From NCBI GenBank assembly GCA_951406725.2, contig OX597814.1, forward strand, positions 119,288,001 to 119,352,000: a stretch of DNA of 64,000 nt, read 5' to 3'. How positions within the stretch are numbered: the first letter of the stretch is position 1; the number at the start of each line of letters is the position of its first letter. This stretch comes from Octopus vulgaris (Eukaryota). The notes beneath the pieces are model-generated. The model was not told where the DNA came from. It ran no database searches and saw nothing but the letters and a program-made list of their open reading frames with translations. The translations under genes and the position numbers were made by a program. Shown piece by piece: positions 12,339-26,327 of the stretch.

Positions 12339-13620
12339 CCAGGGACGTTCAATAAGTAATGTACCTGGCCTACTTGCGCTTGTTTGATCTAGCCGAAATT
12401 ATGCATGTGCAGTTATGTATATCTTTATAGATGAAGTGGCAAATTACAGCTCTAGACTAATTGTAGTTTCTGATTTACAGGTGTTCGAACTGAGTCAAGT
12501 GTGAAATGGAACCTGTTGAGTGTCGAGCAGTGATCCGGCTTTTGTTTTTGAAAGGACGCACACCACGGGAGACTTTTGATGAAATGAAAGTAACTTATGG
12601 TGATGATGCCCCTCATATGACCTTGTAAAACGCTGGCATCGTGAATTCAAAAACGGTCGGAACTCTGTGGAACTCTGTCGGAACTTTGGTGGCCCCCCTT
12701 CTGCCATTGATGAGGCACCTGTCCGTCAAGTTGAGGCTGCCATTTTGGAAGATCGACGCATAACTATTCGCCAAATAGCTCATGAGGTGAAGATTAGTAT
12801 CGGGTCTGTGGAAACTATCATTCATGACCATTTGCATATGCAAAATATATCTGCCAGATGGATTCCCAGGTTGCTCACACCTTTCCAGAAGCAAGAACGC
12901 ATCGAGTGCTCGAGGATGAATTTGGAGATGTGCCATGAAGATGAGTCAAAATGTTTCAAAAGACTGATTACACAGGATAAAACCTGGGTCCATCACTATG
13001 ATCCAGAGACCAAAGCCCAGTCAATGCAGTGGAAGCACCGTGACTCACCTCCTCCAAAGAAGGCAAGGGTGCAGCCCTCCGCTGGCAAGGTCATGCTCAC
13101 AGTATTCTGGGACTAGGACGGAGTAGTGATGACAGCTTTCATGGCAAAGAGTACCACAATTACAGGAGCTTCACTATTGAGAAAATTAAGAGAAGCTATC
13201 AAAATCAAGAGGCGGGGCAAGATCAGCAAAGGCATCCTCCACCTGCAGGACAACGCTCCGGTCCACAACTCGCTTGTCGCCAGATCAGAAGCACAGGCGT
13301 GCGGCTATGAACTTCTCCCCCACCCCCCTACTCTCCCGACTTTGCACCCTCTGATTTTCACCTCCTCCCAGCCATGAAGTTGTTTTTGAAAGGAAAGCGT
13401 TTCCCAGATGATGCAGCCTTGATTTCTGAAGTCACGTCCTGGTTGGAGGACCAAGCTGGGGTTTTCTACAAAAACGGTCTCCAGAGCTGCATCAAAAGAT
13501 GAGAGAAATGTGTAATTCTGGGTGATTCCTATATAGAAAAAGACTAATAACTGTGCCACGTTTCGTTGCTCTACTGCTATGGGAAGTGGGTCAGAGGCAT
13601 TACTTATTGAACGCCCCTCG
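12339..13620 (+). mobile_element. Full-length defective mariner transposon with TIRs and TA target duplication
   Basis: Left end TA|CCAGGGACGTTCAATAAGTAATG, right end CATTACTTATTGAACGCCCCTCG|TA, length about 1.28 kb, inserted in a (TA)n tract. CGAGGGG-type TIRs suggest the irritans subfamily (inference). Confidence 0.95.
12506..13547 (+). pseudogene. Mariner DD34D transposase pseudogene
   Basis: Starts MEPVECRAVIRLL; contains WIPRLL, ITQDKTWVHHYDPE, LQDNAPVH and PYSPDFAPSD in a shifted frame. Disabled by frameshifts, a GGAACTCTGT duplication near 12660 and an in-frame TAG at 13114. Confidence 0.93.
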
Positions 13621-13715
13621 TAGATATATATATATATATATGTAGATATATGTAAATTTTTCGGAATCAGATAACAATCCCAGGCTGTGAAAGTTTTCAG
13701 AACATTTATAAATAA

Positions 13716-13763
13716 GTCTTATAGCTGTTTCCGGGATGTTTTATATATCCCTTCATCGGAGAC
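13716..13763 (-). ncRNA. Minimal hammerhead ribozyme-like motif
   Basis: Minus strand: GTCT CCGATGA A GGGAT-ATATAAAAC-ATCCC G GAAA CAGCT ATA AGAC. Stems I and II pair; the core has U4C and stem III has one mismatch. Confidence 0.7.
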
Positions 13764-14210
13764 GGTATGAGAAGATGGTTAAGCAATAGTTATTCTAGAT
13801 AAGATATGAAATAGAGAGTTTAAGTTGAGGAATGAAAATAGATGTGAGATATGCAGGCATATTGCATCTGTAGTTCTAATATTTAGGCAGAATGGTATAC
13901 ATATAAGATTTCCCTTTAATTTAATACCTTTGATTCAATAACACCGTGTGCAGACCATGCTTGGAATGACCAATTTTAAATACTATTGGAACTTCATCAC
14001 AAAGTACTGGAATCTTATACACACACACACTGGAATCTTATATACAGACACACACACAGACGCACGCACGCACACACCCCTGTCCCTCCATCCGTCTATC
14101 TATCTATCTGTCTGTCTGTTTATCTATCTAGCAAGCAAGCTACACACTCGCTCACTTGCCCACATACAGTGTCGAGATTGAGAGATAGCAAAATAGAAGA
14201 AACAGGAAAA

Positions 14211-14491
14211 TTTCCTGCGCAAAATGATGTTGACAGCTCCAACATCGTGTGGCCCACAAGTTGCTGTAAACATTTCCATAAATTGACACATTTCCAACAG
14301 CGTGAACTTCCTCCATCTTGGCACAAAACTTTTCAGAATATAAATTTACGAGACCATATAATTATAAGCTAAATTTAGCCCTGCTATGGAGGAAATTTGT
14401 GTTGCTGGAAATTTGTCAATTAATGAAAATGTTTTCTGCTGCTGACAGGTCACATGACACTGGAATTGTCAACATTATTTGACACAGGAGA
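14211..14491. mobile_element. Old MITE-like inverted repeat
   Basis: Arms of about 105 bp (14211-14316 and 14386-14491) are degenerate reverse complements, e.g. AAAATGATGTTGACAGCTCCA / TGGAATTGTCAACATTATTT and TTCCTCCAT / ATGGAGGAA. Confidence 0.7.
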
Positions 14492-14830
14492 ACTGCCAAT
14501 TTTTCACGGCTAATACACATACAGAGACACAAACAAACACAAATACACACCTCCACAGGCTACAAGGTGTTTAAGTCGATAAGTCTGATAGAATGGTTTT
14601 TGCAGTATGTGTTCCGGCTGCTTAAGCACTGAGTCTAAACTGCGCCGAGACAGCTTTCCCTCCTAAAATGTAACTGACGTGGAGAGGGAAGTCCTGTACG
14701 CATGGGTGATATCTGGTTTTTCACACGAACCAGAAATAAATGGAAATTGTTTTTTTTTTTCTGGCAGTACACATTGTATAACAGACGAAATCCATTAACA
14801 AACAGGAATACGTATATAAGTGTTTGTGTG

Positions 14831-14872
<42 letters not shown>

Positions 14873-16384
14873 TACGTTGATGTGTAAGTGAGTCAGAGAC
14901 TTACTTTACCAGGCGACTTGACTAAATCCGTTAGTCAAACTATAAACATGCCATTCTAATGGAATATAGTAATTTTTACTCTACATTCACTATTGAGTTT
15001 CTCTATCAGAAATCGTTCTACATTTGCATTGATATAATAAACTTAAATTAATATTTATATTAATACTTTCACGCATTTGTGTGAGGAGTTACGTTCTTGC
15101 TCTTATTTGTTTTGATAGTTCGAGTGAGGGTTACGTGAAATGGCACATATATCCATCCTTGTGTTAAAGTTTTCAAAATAGTAAGGTGTATTCCGGAATT
15201 AGGTGTATATTGATAATACGAATTTATATAAGTATTTATCATCAAGTTCATACATTCAATTAGCAATATTGTCTGAAATTTGAAATGTGTTGGATAGCAT
15301 CTTCAATGATACGTGAATGATATAAGTTTTAAGTTGTCTTTAGTAAATTGGCTATGTAAGATTTCTTTTAACTTTTCGACCTCAAATATCCCTCGGAAGC
15401 ATTATGAGTAATAATGTTCTATTACTAAATACATTAACTGTATACTTTCATCAAAATAGATTAAATTGAAATTCTTTAGACTACTTCTTGCTTTAAATTT
15501 GGAACGTGACTCGCTGTACATTTTTATAAGATGGTTCCGTGTTTATATAAACAGAAATCGATTATGTTCAGCAAGTCAGCAGATTAAAAAAATTACTTTT
15601 CCAAATTAGTATAGATTATATTTAGCATCGCACGAATATCAAACTATCTGACAACCGCCGTCGGGAGCCGGCACGCAGCCATTCTTCTAATTAGAAATAA
15701 TGCACAATTCTTCCGCAAATGACAACCTATCATTTAAGGGAAAAGAAAACTGATAGTGTTAGCAAAATAAAATATTTGTAGGGCATTAAAGAAAATGTCT
15801 TTATATTCTAATTACAAATGACTCCTGTGGCGACAATGTTGCCGATCACTCTGGAATCGACAAAATCTGCTGTGGTTTCGAAAGCTATGCCACTGTATAA
15901 TCACAGTCCGAAACCGAAACTTGGGAAACAATTGAAAATATATATATTAGACAAGCTATTTTGACCCATGCCTTTCTCGGGTTTTGGTGGTAGTGTTGAG
16001 TTGTGCGTGTTGTCTCCTTTTCCCTTTCTTCTTTTGTTGTCTTCTTTGACTGGTTCTTTTTATTGCCCTCTTCTTTACCCCCACCCCACCTTTCCAAAAT
16101 CTCGCAAATTTTTACACCCACAATTAAAGATAACCGCCGCTAGCCCCTGCAACAACATGAAAAAACACCATTATTCAAACAGCGCAACCTGTCTATCCCA
16201 TAATTTCCCCCATATTCCTCACCATGGCAACCAAACGGTAGCACCGAGATAAATAACCAAGAAATCAAACAAAATTTTCGCATTTCAGCTTCATAGATAT
16301 TGATATATTATGATAGAATGACCAACCTGGATGACCACAACAGTAAAAGCTTTGGTCATAGGTGTGTTTGAGTTAAATACTTAT

Positions 16385-16607
16385 TTCTTTACTACCCACA
16401 AGGGATAAACACAGAGGGGACAAACAAGGACAGACAAACGGATTGAGTCGATTATATCGACCCAGTAACTGGTACTTATTTAATCGACCCTGAAAGGATG
16501 AAAGGCAAAGTCGACCTCGGCGGAATTTGAACTCAGAACGTAGCGGCAGACGAAATACCTCTAAGCATTTCGCCCCGCTTGCTAACGTTTCTGCCAGCTC
16601 GCCGCCT
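16385..16607 (-). mobile_element. SINE family A, full copy
   Basis: Same sequence as 1801-2029. Confidence 0.9.
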
Positions 16608-17772
16608 TTTTTTTAGTTAAATACCATTAAAGCTGTATTTTCACCGGGATTTCTTGCTATTTGCATGTTATTATCTTCAGACTTTGTAAAAGCTTATAAC
16701 CCTATTATTACTGTATTCAGTGAGCTCCATCTGAAGAACTTTCCTTGGAATGATGTAGCCACTTTGCATCAGTTATTTGCTAAATGACAATAGCCGATAC
16801 TGCATCAAAAAGCTTCGATTTCTTTTTAGACCTCACCATGATATTCCAGTATTGAAAAGAGAATACATTCATGAAGGCTACTATGTATGAACCACTCACA
16901 CTTGCATAGTTTTGAAGCATCTAGAATATGCGTCACACTTTATGGATGCTCATATGTGAAATTTAAGATGAACGTACAAGTTATCTGATATATTATGGGA
17001 GAAGAATATAGTTTCAGTTATTTAAATAAAAAAAAAACAAATAGTACGAACAAGAGCCGTTTGAAGTGTAATGAATGACACTAGAATATTCACTATTAGG
17101 TAGAAATTTTATGTCAACAAGCTAATATATATGACATTTATTTAATTACAACATGTAAATTGGAATAAATGTCTTGTAATACTGTCATAAAGTATACAGG
17201 GTTCAGTATTGAATTACAAATATACATTTCAGTCACATAGATAAGGAAAGACAAACAAAAACAGTATTAGTCGTAATGAAAGCTGGCAAAAGTACTTCAG
17301 TTAATAATTCAATACAAATGAAGAGTATTTGTTTTCAAAAAAAGATGATAGTTCTGGATGGATTCTTTTAAAAAGGTCTATGTAACAGAAAGTAGACTGC
17401 AAATATGTCTGGTAACAATTAGTGGATGACAGGCTAACTAGGAAGCCTGTATGTGGTCGTGCAGCGTTTTAGAATTAGCAGCTATTATATAATGAAGTCC
17501 TAGATATTATGTATCAGAAATGTAAGCCAGCTGGATGCGGATGGCTTGCTTCCGTCATTTGCCTAGTCAGTCATGACGGAGTAAAACTAACAAATACAAG
17601 TATTTAGTTGATTTATTGATACGTGTTGCCATGACAACAGAAGGAACACAGCAAAATGATGTTCAAGTAGAACATTTTATTCCGAGTGAAAAGATAATGT
17701 TCTGGTTTGGTTAAAAGTAATACAAACAGATCAAATATTTGAATGTGTTTAACGATGTACATAAGAATAAAA

Positions 17773-17812
17773 GTCTAACGAGCGTTTCGGAAACTTGTCC
17801 TTCTTCGGAGAG
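17773..17812 (-). ncRNA. Minimal hammerhead ribozyme-like motif
   Basis: Minus strand: TCT CCGAAGA A GGA-CAAGTT-TCC GAAA CGCTC GTT AGA. The upstream minus-strand sequence (to about 18020) gives SYFGQNMKRLL, a possible GIY-YIG relic. Confidence 0.6.
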
Positions 17813-18623
17813 AGAAAGAAATACCAACGTCTTAACAAAGTTGAATATGGAGATATAGAGAGTCCATATTTTTAAGTTGCCAAGAATTTTAAAATAGTTT
17901 ATTGTAGTGAGGCTATCAAAGAAGTCGAAGTGCTACATTTTTGTTCGGAAAATGTACACCGGTTTATGTAGGAGACAAGCAGTCGTTTCATGTTCTGGCC
18001 GAAGTACGGAACTGATGCCATATTTAGGAATAATATACGAGCATAAATATCCAGAAACGGCATGGGCATTATAATATGCCATATTCATTTCATAGATGAC
18101 TAACACATTATTAAATAATTGATGTCAAATATCAATATAACTGCCATCATATAACTTACGAGATTGTAATTTACAGAATCGATATATGTCGTAAAAAATG
18201 CCTTACAGTATTTCTGCTTGCTCTCCACATTCTAAGTTTAAATCCACCAATTTTAATATTTGTCATTCATCTTTTGGGATGGACAAAATAAATAACCAGT
18301 TAAGCACAGGGGTATATTTAATGCCAAATGCCTTCCTTCAAAAGTTGTAGATATTGTTGGTACATAAGGAATAAAAAGGTAAAAAATCAGTGATTTAGCA
18401 GAATCGCAAGGGTTTCAGTAAAAATATCTTGCATTCCTTCTTTCAGTTATTTACATTTAAAGTTCAAATCCTATAAACGTGGTTCCCTATGTAAACGCCC
18501 GGATCATAATTTCCTAACTGATCTACTATACATACATTCGCGCACGCGTGCGTGTATGTGTGCATGTGAGTGTGTGTATTATCTCGGCCATAATTTAGAA
18601 TATTCGACGGCATAGATATAATT

Positions 18624-18793
18624 AGGAGAGGCTGTGTGGTAAGTAGCTTGCTTACGAACCATATGGTTCCGGATTCAGTCCCACTGCGTGGCACCTTGGG
18701 TAAGTGTCTTCTACTATAGCCTCGGGCCAACCAAAGCCTTAGGAGTGGATTTTGGTAGACGGAAACGGAAAGAACCGCGTCGTATATATATAT

Positions 18794-18824
<31 letters not shown>

Positions 18825-19049
18825 AGTGTGTATATATTTGTGTGTCTCTGATTGACCCACAACATCGCTTGACAACCGATCCTGGTGTGTTTACGTCCTC
18901 GTAACTTAGCGGTTCGGCAAAAGAAACCGATAGAATAAGTTCTAGGCTTACAAAGAATAAGTCCTGGGGTGGATTAGCTCGACTAAAGGTGTTGCTCCAG
19001 CATGGACAAGGTCAAATGACTGAAACAAGTAAAAGAGTAAAAAAGAGTA
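18624..19049 (+). mobile_element. SINE family C with internal (TA)n/(TG)n tract
   Basis: Head GGCTGTGTGGTAAGTAGCTTGCTT...GGATTCAGTCCC, internal microsatellite at about 18783-18845, 3' part GCGGTTCGGCAAAAG...GCTCCAGCATGG, tail (GTAAAAGA)n. Confidence 0.88.
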
Positions 19050-19334
19050 ATTGTGTTTATGGATTCTGGTTTCTTGTAGTAAAATAAGTGGCAACATGGT
19101 AGAAAGCTTACGAAACCTGAAAAGACTACAAGGAATTGAGAATAAGTTTTTCAGTTATAGATTCGAATATGTTTAGAGCAGAAAACACAGAAATACTATT
19201 TGGTTTTTACCCCGATTCCCAGGAAGCATAAAACTGGTTATCCAGGTTCTATGGTGTGGAAATGACCGAGATCACAAAGCCTCTTCTTTGAAGGAAGTCG
19301 GGCCGCTGCAGCATTCAACGCCAGTGACTTTGAG

Positions 19335-19515
19335 GAGAGTGGCTAAGTCGATTGTATGGACTCTAAAATTTGATTGATATTTTTATTTTATCGGTCCTAA
19401 TGGAAAGAACAGCAACGTTAACCTGGGTTGCATTTGAACTCACAACTGAAAGATCCGGACGAAACGTTGTTAATGATTTTGGACAAAGTGCCAACGATTC
19501 TGTCCGCTCGCCACT
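19335..19515 (-). mobile_element. Decayed SINE family A
   Basis: AAGTCGATTG...ATTTGAACTCACAAC...AACGATTCTGTCCGCTCGCCAC matches the family A layout. Confidence 0.6.
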
Positions 19516-20309
19516 TTGCAATGGATTTTACATACAATTAAATGCTTTGACTGTTTAAACTTAGAGTAATAATAGATCCCCAGATAAAACTTCAATGAGT
19601 TCTATTCACGATACATATGAATTAAATTATGTAAAAGTCATATCTGGATTATCTATATAAAAGATATCTATCGGTAGAATGTCAATAAATGCGGTAATAA
19701 CTGCAACAAGTTTCCCGCAGATCAACTGACGCCATAAAGATTTCAGTAGATATAGAGGTATATAATAGTTTCAAACGTGTATTATATTTATTAAACAATT
19801 GCTTACTATGTCTCTGTATGCCTTCCCTAAGAATATTTTGTTTCTTGCATCAACATATTGATCATCTCTCTGCAAAATATCACTTGAATCAACGTATTGA
19901 TCATCTCTCAGCGATCAACAAATAGAGGCTTGTAATGGAATCTATTCTATAGAATAACGGTAACTGATAACAAGTGTGAACGATATGTCAGTGGTTGTCT
20001 TTTATAACAAATACAGAAGTAGATGTCTCGATATATCTGATATGAGAGACATTTAAAGCACATTTAAACTTGGATGAAGACTTAATTCTTCGGCAGATTT
20101 AACTACGCACATCGTAGCTGTCAATAACACAGTACTTTATTGTATGCATTTAGAACTGGTTTCTGAGCTGAAGATAACTTTCTTTGACCAATCAGAGAAG
20201 TCATGAAAAAGGTTATTAGTATTGCTCCTCCTCCTCCTTTTAAGCAATTAAAACAAACAAAAAACAACAAAAGTTCTTAGTTACTAGCAGATACAACCTT
20301 CTTGACAAT

Positions 20310-20757
20310 TCAAACATGAACAAAGAGAAAACACAACAACGCGAGGACGTGGAACAAGTATAGTGTTATTGAACGCTCAGGAAAGGAAAGAAAGAAGGAG
20401 GATTTAACGTTTCGAGCGGAGCTCTTCGCCAGAAACACAGAAAAGGAAAAGGTACGAGGAAGAGAAGACAGAGAAAGAAAATCGCCAACTATACACACGC
20501 GGTCACATATTTACCTTCGAAACACGCAATGTGTCGAAACAGGGGCAGCTGAAGAAGGGGAATGTTCCCTTGTCTTGTACTTTGTTTTTTTAATGTTAAA
20601 AAAAGTCCGTTTCCTTGTTTTGTTTCTATGTTTTCGTTTCTCGTTGTGTTCTACGTTTATTTGTGGTGTCCTGTACTCATATATGCATGTATATATACAT
20701 ATAGATGTAGGTATGTACATATATGTATATATGCATATGTTTTATTTATTAGATTGT

Positions 20758-20760
<3 letters not shown>
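20310..20760. mobile_element. Composite non-coding insert ending in (TA)n: hammerhead module (minus) plus module Y (plus)
   Basis: 20310-20500 is related to the 185-bp hammerhead family. 20510-20700 is the reverse-complement paralogue of 60140-60326. Confidence 0.65.
20402..20436 (-). ncRNA. Minimal hammerhead ribozyme-like motif
   Basis: Minus strand: GTTT CTGGCGA A GAGC-TCC-GCTC GAAA C GTT AAAT, with one core substitution (A6G). Confidence 0.7.
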
Positions 20761-20808
<48 letters not shown>

Positions 20809-22735
20809 CATCTCTCATTGCGAAATGTAAATAATTCTCACACAGGATGTGTAATGAATGACTAAACACCTGAGTTTAAAATGATCCCCAACAAAATAGT
20901 TACCCGAAAATAGAGACAGGATTTATAAATGACATCAAATGTACATGGTTTTGTTTCCATTTGAATGCCTTTTTTCTTTATGCCACATGTATTTTCTCCT
21001 CCATGAAAAATATGCACCTTTGCATGTAACATAGTTAATCCTTGCTATGTTAATCACTGGAGTTCTACAATACTGCGTTCAATTTATAATTATATCATTT
21101 ATATTAATATATTAAATCGTTACTTATAATAAAATATAATCTGTTGAGTCTGGTGAGAGTCAATTTCTTTTCGTGCCTTATAATTTAACAAACATATAAT
21201 CGAGATTTTCTTAATTACTGAGAGGAACACAATATCTAGTTTTGCAAGCATAACATATTACCAAATAGTATTAAAGGTCTGTAAGCCAATACTGTCTCCT
21301 ACTATTGTGTTAGCAGTGCGTTGTATGCACATATACTCATTGCCTATTTTCATATCTTCGATCGCGTTCTTTACATAGACGTATTCGTATACGAAGCGTC
21401 GTAACTTTCAGTGCTGGCTCTAATTTCTATAGATTTTCTGTAGAGTTAAACTTAAAAATCTAGTTCCTGTATATCACGTATATTGTGACAAATAATTGCG
21501 AAATGTTAATAAATTACGGATTTAAGATTCTGTGCATTTTATTGCTGCACCCATAGAATCAGGAAATACAAGGGTCTTTTGAGCTATCTCATATTGAATG
21601 TAGTTTCACGAAAATTTCTTATTCTTATGTGACAAATAGGCAGAAGTTGCAAGTGAAAGAGGTTGTGTGCTATAATGCTTGGAAAACTGCAGGCGAATTA
21701 TTTATTATACATGTCTTTTGACGGATCGCAGCTAAGAGATCTGAAGAAATTACATCTGACTTTCCTAAAATCACAATTCTTAAAGTGTTCTCTATTTAAT
21801 TATAAATATATAACGCTGTCACGTAGAGAAAAAGCCTCAAACAAGCTTCATATAAAGTCGGAAGAACGCTGACATGTTTCTATTAATAATTCAATATACA
21901 TGATATACATTCTTGCAATACTTGATGCAGGATTATCTAAATAAAAGATATCTTTCTACCGAATGTCAGTAAATTCAGCAACAACTACAAAATACTTTCT
22001 CTTAGGTCGTTTGAGTGAGTAATGGTTCTGACTCGGGATCATGTTACATTTTGCTTTTAAGGAAACGTATCAAATATATGAATAATTCTACAATGCTCCG
22101 ATATACTCAGGGGTACACAATGTTGTCAAAGTTGTGCTATATATATTAAACATTGTCCACCTATGTCTTTGTATACATTTGTTATGGGGATTTTGTTTCT
22201 CGATATGTCGCTGAAAAGAGAAAAATAATCTAAGACCTCCGACAACTAAATACTACAAAATATAAGCGGTTAACATGATGTAAAATGTTTTCGCTATAAT
22301 CACCCGGGTACAGCGTTCTTATAATGAACATCGTCATAAATGTAGTTCTGTGCCAATAACATAATTGAACATACAAAGTATAGTAAATGATATCTAATAC
22401 CCGGACATTGCTTTTGATAGAAAACAAGAACGGTCTTTATTTAAATACATATTAGAGCAAATAAATGAGTGCATATATGTGTAATTCATTTGTATGATAA
22501 ATAAATTGTATTACTTCATGCACATATTGCATCAAGATATACGAAATCAGATTAGATATTGAGTTAATTCAGTTGTGTAAAAGAAAGGAAAATATATAAA
22601 ATTCCCTAACACTACACACACACGAACATATATGTACACACAAAATACATATGTACATATACACATATTTACAAACATATGCTTGAATATACACGCACAT
22701 GCATTTACATATACATATTCACATACCTACTTACA

Positions 22736-22794
<59 letters not shown>

Positions 22795-24204
22795 TCATTC
22801 TCTCTCTCTGTATATGTATATAATCTTACATAGGTATATATTACACCCACATCTCTCTCGGTGTGCCTATGTGTGTAGAGAAATTAAGTATTATATTTCA
22901 TAGGACTATCGACTATTCTACTGATAGGTCAGAAAAGGAGTATATGTACATTTACATGTTTGACTAAGCTCCTTGTTAAACATCATGTACTATCGATAGT
23001 TTTCCTTACATGCTGCTTCCTTGCCAAGTACATAAAAACTTTCGATCTATAATACATCAATATTTGTCCTTTAACCAATGTAACACTTACAGTATGATTA
23101 ATATTTTGGGGGATCGAACCATATTGTGTTTCATATATATGTGTGAGTGTGTGTGTGTGTGAGTGTATTCAGAGAGGCTGAAATAGAGAGAAAGAGAGAA
23201 CGACATACAATAATTACACAACGTCGATGCTGTGTTATTTGTATGAACATAACACTCTCTAAACGTTACATTCGACCTGTTAGTTCGGATTTAAGCAACA
23301 TAAATATATACTACCGTGTAAATTTAGATCTATCTCACCTTTCAGAAATCTATTAATCTCGCAATTCACATATCCAATATATATATATATATATAACATT
23401 GCACAGTTGTGCTCCATATCTCATATTTACAATTTCGTCTCACGAATGGGATTACTCTGTGTTTAGAGTCGTTGTCATTACACCAACAGGCATAGTATGC
23501 TACCGCAGTTATGTATTGATCGAAAGCTTATTCCGTAATTCTTACCATAGATTTATTAGTTCAATCTGTCGGTTGAACTCTGGAAGCCAACATCTGTGAT
23601 CTTATAATGGACAGAACAGCAGAAATAAAATGTTCGTCATCATCTTACACGTGGGGATTCATTAGGAAGAGGTCCCATCAACTACGCATAAATATAACAT
23701 AATGTTGCTTGACATTCACAAATAAAATATGGGTTTATGAATACATAACATCTGCTTGAATACTCGATAAGGAACTGAATGAAAGCTGATGAATGTATTT
23801 CGTGCGCTATAAAGATACGAAATATTTAATACGAATTTAATGTTACACCAACGAGTTGGTAGAAATGTGGCATCACTTGACGGAGTGGTTTATGTTATTT
23901 AGCCTGATGTTTCCATTTTGGGTTTTCATTTATCTAAGACCGCTAGTAGATCCTCAATGTGTGTATAATTAATTAAATGCGTACCATTAATATGCTGAAT
24001 TCATTTCAGACTACATTTCACTTTTGTCTAACTATAAATCTTATTCAATCATCATATATATTCATGCTACCACATTTATAGCTATATCAGTGATATTTAA
24101 TAAGTTATATGATTGTGTTCGAAATTGGCTATAAAAACCAAATTTATTTGTATCATTTTAACACATATTTTGACTGCGTATATATATATATATATATATA
24201 TCAG

Positions 24205-24238
24205 ATCAGTTTTAAAATGTCGACATTTTAAAACTGAT
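24205..24238. repeat. Perfect 34-bp palindrome next to (TA)n
   Basis: ATCAGTTTTAAAATGTCGACATTTTAAAACTGAT is its own reverse complement. Confidence 0.9.
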
Positions 24239-24419
24239 GTAATACTTACAATGTTTAATAAAATGAAGTAGCATGAAACGATTGTACTACACTACCTTGG
24301 AATCCTTGTTGCTTATTCTGATTATAATCACCCCATTTGATTTATATGGATAATACCATACCAAATTCTGGTGCCTTTAACTTAAGTACCATATTCATCT
24401 GAATCTAAATTTTGATGAA

Positions 24420-24452
<33 letters not shown>

Positions 24453-26289
24453 TCGCTAAGTTCACCATAATATATTAGCTGATATATATTTTCGCACATA
24501 GGCAGATATGATCGTGAGTATGATATTATGACAACTGAAAGTATGTATGTAGTGGAACATACGTGAAAATCTGCCAAGTTAAGCACTCAATTTACTGAAA
24601 ATCTACTGGTAAAAAAAGTAAATTTTGTTGTATTTTAAATTAATTCCAGATGAGTGATTTACCATATCTCAACAATAAATCGACCAGATTAAAGTACGTT
24701 ACTTGGTCTTCTATTATCTTTCCCATTATGATTTGACCTCATGCTACGGAATAAATGCAGCAGATGTATTTTCGCTTCCAGTACAATGATCTGTTCATTC
24801 GGTCAATCCTAATATATCTGATATCGCTAACACAATATGAAACACGAGTTAATAATGTAAAATAACCATCATCCAAATAAAAGTATAACTAATCATATTT
24901 ATTCCTCTAATGGACAGTGAATCGAAGAATATTTGAAATTCCAACTGAAGAGATTGAAACGGAGGATGTCTTATTTCCGCCAATATTCATACTCTTTATA
25001 TAATCTTCATCTGAATATTTCTCCTCCAGTCGTTTGTTTTTCAATGAACGTCTGATACTCTTTGAACATTACTAATGCCGGATATGAAGTCAGGTGTTGA
25101 GTGGTTCACATTTCGACCTATCATGTTTCTGATATAAAGTAAGAAGTTCCTATTTTGCCAGGTAATTGATAAAATTGTGTTAAATTAAATTTTCTAAAGC
25201 CATTGAGAATTTTGTAATTCAAAGGAAAGCAAGTGATTAAAATACTGGAACTTTTTGCATTTTACTATTTCACTTTCTATCAATCTTACAATCTCTAAAA
25301 CAATATTCGATAGAGTTTTAGTGTTTTTCTTCGTGTGAGCTTAAGGAATTTCAATTAATGATCTGATGTGGAAATACTTGGGAAGCAATAAATAATAAGT
25401 GAAGTAAATTATATGAATAAATACACGTTAAAATCTACACGGATTGATTTTAGCGATAGTAAATTTACTGTAGGAAATAAACTTCTTCAATACTTTCACA
25501 CCTGACAAATGCTTGTGCTATAGATTTCACTGTGTCATATGTTGACTTTTTTAGAGAGGGAGATAACAAGCTTAAGCATTTTCTCGATAATTAAAATCAG
25601 ATTAAATTAAACATTTATCATTCATTCACTGTTCATTCGTTCTAAATTACACTGTCATAATAAGGATATTTAACCACATCAAATCTGATTTGCAAATATT
25701 TCAGTTTTTCTCAAGGCTGCACCAGTTTATAACATCTAAAAATATCTGAGATGAAATGTTTCTAACCAATTTAACTTTAATGAATTGCCGTTACACCAAA
25801 GGAATTTTACAGCATTTTTTTTTCATTCTATTATTCACTCTGAATGGGAGATGTGAGTCTTCCAATAATGTATAGATTGTGATAAAGTGAGATTAAAAAG
25901 ACAGATTAACTGTTTTGATCAGGAGAAAAATTTATGATTGAAGGATTCGATATCTTTGTAACCGCGAGTTGAAACGATCCACGAAGTTATATAATACAGC
26001 TTCAAGAACATCAGACAATTTCTTTGGTAAAATTTCAGCTAAAATAACTATAACTGTTGAATTAGTTCAAAAGATTATGGCATGCACTCAGAAAATACCG
26101 TTTTGCCTTCCATAATTTTCTGTTCGATAAGAAAAGTACCAAGCCAAGAAGATGGATTAGCAGAAGATTAAAACTTCCACCTGCTCTGCTATGAGTTGCT
26201 TTTAAATATAAATTAACCATTATGGTATCTTAGTAAGCTGGCCACTGATAAATCATTAAATAAGGACTTTATCCTAAATACGTATAGAC

Positions 26290-26322
<33 letters not shown>

Positions 26323-26327
<5 letters not shown>

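Noticed and set aside
19850-19912. Short direct duplication ATCAAC.TATTGATCATCTCTC (also GTTGTGTAGTT at 5818-5853)
   Set aside because: Two-unit local slippage duplications with no further structure.
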